Shown piece by piece: positions 58,113 to 64,000 of a DNA stretch of 64,000 bases; within the stretch, counting starts at the first letter, position 1, and every line of letters starts with the position of its first letter. A program made the position numbers and the translations under genes. The notes beneath the pieces were generated by a model, which was given only the letters and a program-made list of their open reading frames with translations, had not been told where the DNA came from and ran no database searches. The DNA is from Polyangiales bacterium (GTDB taxonomy: Bacteria > Myxococcota_A > Polyangia > Polyangiales > Polyangiaceae), in contig JBBRLQ010000006.1 of the NCBI GenBank assembly GCA_038231275.1, positions 128,001-192,000 on the forward strand. Direction: 5' to 3'.

Positions 58113-59321
58113 ATGATCCACGGTCGTGGCGGTCTCGCAGGGGCCATGTTGCTCTTCGTCGCGATGCGCGCATCGGCGCAGGAGGTCACGTCGATCTCGT
58201 ACGACGAGGCGCTCGCGCGGGCACGCACGCACGCGCCCGATTTGGCAGCGGCGCGCGCGAGAGAGCAGGTCGCGAAGGCGGACGTGGGCGTGGCGGGCCT
58301 GCCTCCCAACCCGACCGCCCTCGCCGGGACCTCGACGCAAGCGGCGCGCCTCAGCGCCGGCGTGTCGATCCCGATGCTCATCCTGGGGCAGCGCGGGGCC
58401 GCCGCCGACGCGGCGCGTGCGGAGCTGGTGACGGTGCAGGTGGAGACGCAAGGCACGTGGAACGAGATCCGAACGGCGACCGCGCGCGCGTACGTCGCGT
58501 TGTGGCTCGCCGAGAGCGTGGCCGCGACGCGCGGCGAGGGAGCGAAGCTGGTGAAGAAGCTCGAAGACGCCGTCAACGGCAGGATCGACGTGGGCTCCGC
58601 GCCGCAGGTCGAAGGTCTTCGCGTCAAGGTCGAGCGGCTGCGCGCGGACGCTGACGCACGCGACGCCGTCGCTCAGGTGGCGAGCGCAGCGAGCGAGCTC
58701 GGACGATGGATCGGGGGGGCGTCGTACGATCTGCGCGCCGCCGGTGAGCCGCGTGTCCCCTCGGAGGTCCCTCCGCTCGCGAGCCTCATGGGCCGCGTCG
58801 ACGCGAACCCCGCGGTGCGCCGCGAGGACGCCGACGCGCGCGCTGCCGCCGCCAGAGCCGACCGTGAGCGCGCGCTCGTTCGTCCCTTGATGACGCTCGA
58901 CCTAGGCGTGGACGCGTTCGATCCGACGGTGCCCGCGACGTCGTACCGCGCGCAGCTCGGGGTGGAGGTCCCGTTGTGGCATCAGCGCGGCTACCAAATT
59001 GAGCGGGAAATCATGGCCGGGAACGCCGCGCGCGCACGCAAGCGCGCGGAGCAGGCCCATGTCGCGTCGACGCTGCTCGTCGCGTACCGGACGCTCGAGG
59101 CCACGAGCTCGCGCGTGCAGGCGCTCGCCGACGGCGTGATCCCCGCCGCGGAGGCTGCCGCGAACGCCACGGAGGAGTCGTACGCGCTCGGTCACGCGCC
59201 GCTCATCACGGTCCTCGACGCCGAACGGGCGCGCCTCGACACACGCCTCTCGCTCCTCGAGGCCCGCGCCGCGAAGGCGTTGTCGTGGATCGACGTCGAG
59301 CACTCCGTGGGGGCGCCGTGA
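58113..59321 (+). CDS. TolC/CzcC-family outer membrane factor
   Basis: Signal, PNP motif, helical OEP repeats, first gene of the efflux operon. Confidence 0.88.
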   Translation: MIHGRGGLAGAMLLFVAMRASAQEVTSISYDEALARARTHAPDLAAARAREQVAKADVGVAGLPPNPTALAGTSTQAARLSAGVSIPMLILGQRGAAADAARAELVTVQVETQGTWNEIRTATARAYVALWLAESVAATRGEGAKLVKKLEDAVNGRIDVGSAPQVEGLRVKVERLRADADARDAVAQVASAASELGRWIGGASYDLRAAGEPRVPSEVPPLASLMGRVDANPAVRREDADARAAAARADRERALVRPLMTLDLGVDAFDPTVPATSYRAQLGVEVPLWHQRGYQIEREIMAGNAARARKRAEQAHVASTLLVAYRTLEATSSRVQALADGVIPAAEAAANATEESYALGHAPLITVLDAERARLDTRLSLLEARAAKALSWIDVEHSVGAP

Positions 59322-60388
59322 AGCGCGTCATCCTCGTCGTCGCCGCCGCCATCGCCATCGGCGCATGCAAGCACGCCGCGCCCGTCGAAGAAGAAGCGCC
59401 CAAGGTCACGGTCCACTGCGTGGTTGCACACCCCCAGGCGCTGGACGAGACGGTCGCCTTGCGGGGTCGCCTCGAGCCTCCGCCCGGCGGAGACCTGCCG
59501 GTCGCGTCGACGGTCCCCGGCCGACTCGTGCAGGTCGCCGTGAAGGAAGGTCAGCGCATCGCGAAGGGTGACTTGGTCGCGAGCGTCGACGATCTGCCGT
59601 CGCGCGACGCGCTCCGTCAGTCCGAGGCCGCGGTCCTGCAGGCGCAGGCCGCGGAGGCGAACGCGACGACGACGCTCGAGCGCGCGAAACAGCTCGTCGC
59701 CCGCGGGATCGCCGCGAAACAGGAGCTCGACGACGCCGTCGCGCGTGCCGACACCGCGAAGGCCACCGTGTCGTCCGCGCAAGCCGCCGCGGATCTCTCC
59801 CGCCGCACGCTCGGTCGCGTGCAGATTCACTCGAGCTTCGACGGCGTCGTGACGAGGATCTGGCGCGGCTCGGGCGCCATCGTCGACGGAACCGCCGCGA
59901 CGCCCATCGTCCAGCTCGCCGCCACCGGTGGCGTCGAATTCGCCGCCGACGCGACCGATCGTGAGCTCGCCGCGATCGAAGAAGGCCAGGCCGCGCACGT
60001 AGAGCTCTCCCTCGGCGGCGACGCGATCGACGGCCGAGTGCGCGCGAGATCGACGGCGCTCGATCCGGCGACCGGGCTCGGCGTCGTCCGCATCACGCTC
60101 GAAAAATTGGGCACGTACCCGATGGGGACGTTCGGCCGCGTCGTCGTGACGACGAAGCACCGTGACGCCGTCGCCGTTTTGCCCACCGCCGCGCTCCGGG
60201 GAGCGGTGCTCGATGGCGCCGAGGTCGCGGTCTGCAAGGACGGCAAGGCCTCCCTCCGGCGCGTCAAGGTCGGCTACCGCAACGACACGCTCTTCGAGCC
60301 ACTCGAAGGGCTCGCCGCCGACGAGCGCGTCGCGGTGGATCACGTCCTGGGCCTCGACGACGGGACCGCGCTCGAGGAGGCCAAGTGA
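59318..60388 (+). CDS. RND membrane fusion protein
   Basis: Lipobox IGAC; VKEGQRIAKGD, I.S.FDGVV, LDPAT. Confidence 0.9.
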   Translation: MKRVILVVAAAIAIGACKHAAPVEEEAPKVTVHCVVAHPQALDETVALRGRLEPPPGGDLPVASTVPGRLVQVAVKEGQRIAKGDLVASVDDLPSRDALRQSEAAVLQAQAAEANATTTLERAKQLVARGIAAKQELDDAVARADTAKATVSSAQAAADLSRRTLGRVQIHSSFDGVVTRIWRGSGAIVDGTAATPIVQLAATGGVEFAADATDRELAAIEEGQAAHVELSLGGDAIDGRVRARSTALDPATGLGVVRITLEKLGTYPMGTFGRVVVTTKHRDAVAVLPTAALRGAVLDGAEVAVCKDGKASLRRVKVGYRNDTLFEPLEGLAADERVAVDHVLGLDDGTALEEAK

Positions 60389-63300
60389 AGGTCCTCGCCT
60401 TTCTCCAGCGCCACGCGGTCGTCGTGTGGCTCTCGACGGTATTTCTCGTCCTGCTCGGATCGGGCGCGGCGTATCGCATGCCGAGCGGCATCTATCCGGA
60501 GGTCGAATTTCCCCGCATCGTCGTCGTCGCGCGAAGCGGGGGGGCTCCCGCCGACGTGTTCCTGACCAGCGTCGCGCGCCCGCTGGAGCAAGGCCTGTCG
60601 ACGGTGCTCGGCCTCCAGCGCCTGCGATCGAAGACGATCCGCGGGGCGACGGAGCTCTCGCTCCAGTTCGCGCCGGAGACCGACATGTGGCGCGCGCTCC
60701 AGATGGTCGAGGCGCGCGTCGCGGAGATCCGTTCGGAGATCCCTGCCGACGCCGAGGTCATCGTCGAGCGCGTCACGACGGGCTCGTTCCCCGTGGTCAC
60801 ATTCAACGTTTCCGGCGCCGTCGATCCGCGCGAGCTGCGCGAGACCGCGGAGTTCGTCGTGCGCCCCGCGCTCGCCAACGTACCGGGCGTAGGCCGCATT
60901 GAGGTCCTCGGCGGCGACGTGCGCGAGGTCGAGGTGGTGCTGCGGCCCGAAGGACTCGCGGGAATTCACCTCCTCCCGAACGACGTCGCCGATCGCCTGC
61001 GCACCGCAACAGGCCTCCTCGCGGTAGGCCGCGTCGATCGCGACAGGCAGCTCGTCACCGTGGTAGGCGACGCGCAGCCGAAGACCGTCGCCGATATCGC
61101 TGCAATCCCCGTCGCCACGACCCCTCGCGGAGGGGTGATTCCGCTCGGATCCGTCGCGGAGGTCGTCGAGGGAGCCGCGGACCGTCTGGTGCGCATCGGC
61201 GGCCCGCTCGGCGAGACGGTGGTCATCAGCGTCGCGCGCCTCCCGGGCGCGAGCACGCCGGACGTCGTCGACAAGGCGATCGCGGTGACCAAGGCGCTCG
61301 CCGGATCTCTCCCGGCGGGCGTGGTCATCCACCCCGTCTACGACCAAGCAAGCCTCGTCCGCGAGTCGATGAACAGCGTGCGTGACGCGATCCTGCTGGG
61401 TGTCGCGCTGTGCGCCGCGGTCATCGCGATCTTTCTGCGCGATCTGCGCGCGGGCCTCATGGCGGCGATCTCGGTGCCGATCACGCTCGCGATCGGCTTC
61501 GTCGCGATGAAGGTCGCACACCAGACGTTGAATTTGATGTCCCTCGGCGGCATGGCCGTCGCCATCGGGCTCGTCGTCGATGACGCGATCGTGATGATCG
61601 AGGCGATCGCGCGTCGTCGCGACGAGGGCGACGATCCGGCCACGGCTGCTGCGCGCGGCACGACCGATCTTGCGCCGGCGGTCATCGGTACGACGCTCAC
61701 CACCGTCGTCGTGTTCGTCCCCCTCGCGTTCCTCGAGGGCATCGTCGGCGACTTTTTCCGGGCGCTGGCCTTCACGTTGACGGTCGCGGTGATCGTGTCG
61801 TTGGCGGTGGCGCTCGTCCTCGTCCCGCTCGCCGCTGGTCTCGCGCTTTCGCCGAAGCCGCGCACCGCGCGCGCGGGGATGGCGACGGCCTACGATCGCG
61901 TCGTGCGCGGCCTCATGCGCCACCCTGTATTCGCCGCGATCGCCTTCGCCGCGGTCCTCGTCACGGGTGTGGTCGTCGCGCCGCGCGTCGAGAGCGGATT
62001 CTTGCCGACGATGGACGAAGGCGCGTTCGTGCTCGACTACTTCCTGCCGGCCGGCACGTCGCTCGAGACGACCGAGGCAATGGCGCGCGCACTCGAGCGT
62101 GAGCTAAAGGCGACGCCAGAGATCGCGACCTTCTCCCGACGCACGGGCGCCGAGCTCGGACCGGCCGCGGCGACGCAGCTCAATCGCGGCGACATCATGA
62201 TCCGCCTCAAATCCCCTCCGATTCGCAAGCGCTCGAGCGAGGACGTCATCGCCGACCTCCGCAAGCGCATCGGCGAGAAGACGCCGGAGGTCCGCATCGA
62301 GTTCGTCCAGGTCCTCCAGGACGTGCTCAATGATTTGGCGGGAAATCCCCGTCCGATCGAGATCAAGCTCTTCGGGCAAGACTACGACAAGCTCCACGAG
62401 ATCGGCGACGGGCTGGCGGCGAAGCTCAAAGAGGTGCCCGGCATCGTGGACCTCTACGACGGGCACGAGCGCGACGCCCCCGAGCTACGGTTCGTGGCGC
62501 GGCGCGATGCGATCGCGCGCTTCGGGACGACCCCCGACGACGTCAACCTCCAGCTCCAGACCGCGCTCCTCGGCGCGCGCGTCGGGACGGTGCGCCGCTT
62601 CGATCGCCTCGTCGGCATCCGCGTTCGCTACCCCAACCCGGTGCGCTTCGACGCCGAGCACGTCCTCGACCTGCCGTTCGCGACGAAGGATCAGACGACG
62701 ACGTTCCGCGCGGTCGCCGAGACCGTCGACCACGTCACACCGTCGCAGCTTCTGCACGAGGCGTTGCAGCCGATGGTCGACGTGACGGCCGATCACGAGC
62801 ACCGCGATCTCGGGAGCGTCGCGCGCGACGTCGAGGCCATCCTGGCGAAGGAGCATCTGCCGCAGGGGTACCGGGTCGTCGTCGGCGGACAAATAGAGGG
62901 TCAAAGGGCCACGATTCGCGATCTGTCGACCATCGGCGGCGTCGCCGTGCTCCTCGTGTTCACGGTGCTCTCGGGGCAATTTCGGCGACTGGGCCTCGCG
63001 GCGCTCGTGCTCGCGACGGTCCCCGTGGCGATCGTCGGCGCGCTCCTCGCGCTGCTCGTGACGGGCACACCGCTGAACGCGTCGTCGCTCATGGGATCGG
63101 TGCTCCTCGTGGGGCTGGTGGTGAAGAACGGTGTGCTGCTCCTCGAAGAGGCCGAGAGGCTGTTCGACGAAGGTCAGGACGCCATCGAGTCCGTCGCGCG
63201 GGCGAGCGAGCGGCGCTTGCGGCCGATCGTGATGACCACGACGGCGACGCTCGCGGGCCTGGCGCCGCTCGCCCTCGGCATCGGCGCGGGGGCCGAGCTC

Positions 63301-63411
63301 CAGCGACCGCTCGCGATCGCGGTCATCGGCGGCCTCCTCACGTCGACGGTGGCGAGCCTCGGCTTCTTGCCCCCGTTCGCGGTGCTCGCGCTTCGCCGAA
63401 AGGCGACCTGA
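60385..63411 (+). CDS. RND efflux permease (CusA/CzcA/AcrB family)
   Basis: LNLMSLGG, GLVVDDAIV, FLPTMDEG, RLRPIVMT, PLAIAVIGGL. Confidence 0.95.
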   Translation: MKVLAFLQRHAVVVWLSTVFLVLLGSGAAYRMPSGIYPEVEFPRIVVVARSGGAPADVFLTSVARPLEQGLSTVLGLQRLRSKTIRGATELSLQFAPETDMWRALQMVEARVAEIRSEIPADAEVIVERVTTGSFPVVTFNVSGAVDPRELRETAEFVVRPALANVPGVGRIEVLGGDVREVEVVLRPEGLAGIHLLPNDVADRLRTATGLLAVGRVDRDRQLVTVVGDAQPKTVADIAAIPVATTPRGGVIPLGSVAEVVEGAADRLVRIGGPLGETVVISVARLPGASTPDVVDKAIAVTKALAGSLPAGVVIHPVYDQASLVRESMNSVRDAILLGVALCAAVIAIFLRDLRAGLMAAISVPITLAIGFVAMKVAHQTLNLMSLGGMAVAIGLVVDDAIVMIEAIARRRDEGDDPATAAARGTTDLAPAVIGTTLTTVVVFVPLAFLEGIVGDFFRALAFTLTVAVIVSLAVALVLVPLAAGLALSPKPRTARAGMATAYDRVVRGLMRHPVFAAIAFAAVLVTGVVVAPRVESGFLPTMDEGAFVLDYFLPAGTSLETTEAMARALERELKATPEIATFSRRTGAELGPAAATQLNRGDIMIRLKSPPIRKRSSEDVIADLRKRIGEKTPEVRIEFVQVLQDVLNDLAGNPRPIEIKLFGQDYDKLHEIGDGLAAKLKEVPGIVDLYDGHERDAPELRFVARRDAIARFGTTPDDVNLQLQTALLGARVGTVRRFDRLVGIRVRYPNPVRFDAEHVLDLPFATKDQTTTFRAVAETVDHVTPSQLLHEALQPMVDVTADHEHRDLGSVARDVEAILAKEHLPQGYRVVVGGQIEGQRATIRDLSTIGGVAVLLVFTVLSGQFRRLGLAALVLATVPVAIVGALLALLVTGTPLNASSLMGSVLLVGLVVKNGVLLLEEAERLFDEGQDAIESVARASERRLRPIVMTTTATLAGLAPLALGIGAGAELQRPLAIAVIGGLLTSTVASLGFLPPFAVLALRRKAT

Positions 63412-63414
63412 TCG

Positions 63415-64000
63415 CTAGACCTTCTTCTGCCACTCGCTGCGCTGCACCACCGGGAGCTGCAGGGCGCGCTCGCGATCGAGGTCGAGGTTGCCGACGTGGA
63501 GGCTTAGCGGCGCCTGGACCCATTTGTAGATCGACTGCGTGAAGAGGCGACCGAATTTGCTCACCCACGCATCGAGCTTCTTGCCGTCCTCGGTCGGGAA
63601 CATCGCGCCGAGCGCGAGGCGCACCTCCTCCTCGCCCATCTTCTCGCCCGCGTAGAGCGCGAAGCACGCGTCGAGGATGGGGAACGGCATCAGATCCTTC
63701 TCGTCCTCCATGTCGTCGGCGAGCTCGGCGGACGCGGGCTTCTTGAGCGTGAGCCGGATCCCCTCGGAGCCGGTCGTCTCGAGCAGGTAATCGAGGAGGT
63801 AGTTCACGACCGTCTTGGGGACGTTCGCGATGACGCTGAGCGCCCCTTCCATGTCGCCGCCGATCGTCGTGTAGCCGACCGCCTTCTCGCTCATGTTGCT
63901 CGTCTGCAGGAAGAGGCCGGCGGCGCTGTTGGACCACGTCCACATGCGCTCGGCGCGGATGCGCGCCTGCACGTTCTGCCGCGACATCGGCGTGAGCTTC
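63415..64000 (-). CDS. nadE: NAD(+) synthase, C-terminal part
   Basis: QNVQARIR, TSNMSEKAVGYTTIGGDM, VPKT, ASAEL. Confidence 0.9.
   Translation of the reverse strand, partial: KLTPMSRQNVQARIRAERMWTWSNSAAGLFLQTSNMSEKAVGYTTIGGDMEGALSVIANVPKTVVNYLLDYLLETTGSEGIRLTLKKPASAELADDMEDEKDLMPFPILDACFALYAGEKMGEEEVRLALGAMFPTEDGKKLDAWVSKFGRLFTQSIYKWVQAPLSLHVGNLDLDRERALQLPVVQRSEWQKKV

Overview
A GC-rich, gene-dense bacterial chromosomal segment whose content points to a myxobacterium of the Polyangiaceae/Labilithrix type: four Hanks-type Ser/Thr kinases, an FHA-sigma54 activator, many Cys-rich or Asp-Ala-Gly-rich lipoproteins and a DHCR24-like sterol reductase. It holds about 62 CDS and one tRNA-Ala(CGC). 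I found no integrase, transposase or CRISPR-cas genes. Recognisable genes include tyrA, kynA, lysC, partial nadE, a fliO/sctR(fliP) pair, two tandem triple-domain DsbA proteins, an MBOAT with two SGNH genes, and a two-component system with a TolC-MFP-RND efflux operon. The best candidates for undescribed biology are: (1) a secreted, Cys-containing leader protein ending ERPPRA whose last codons lie in an RNA hairpin upstream of the DsbA genes, a possible ribosome-arrest monitor of export or oxidative folding; (2) two HTTM (vitamin-K carboxylase/SdpB-like) loci, one apparently split into two genes; (3) a small lipoprotein with a repeated V-[GA]-N-L core coupled to a ferritin-like diiron enzyme; (4) a paired TGRAC-N8-GTYCR operator at two loci, one feeding a near-leaderless sigma54 promoter. 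All assignments come from reading motifs by eye; no database search was run.
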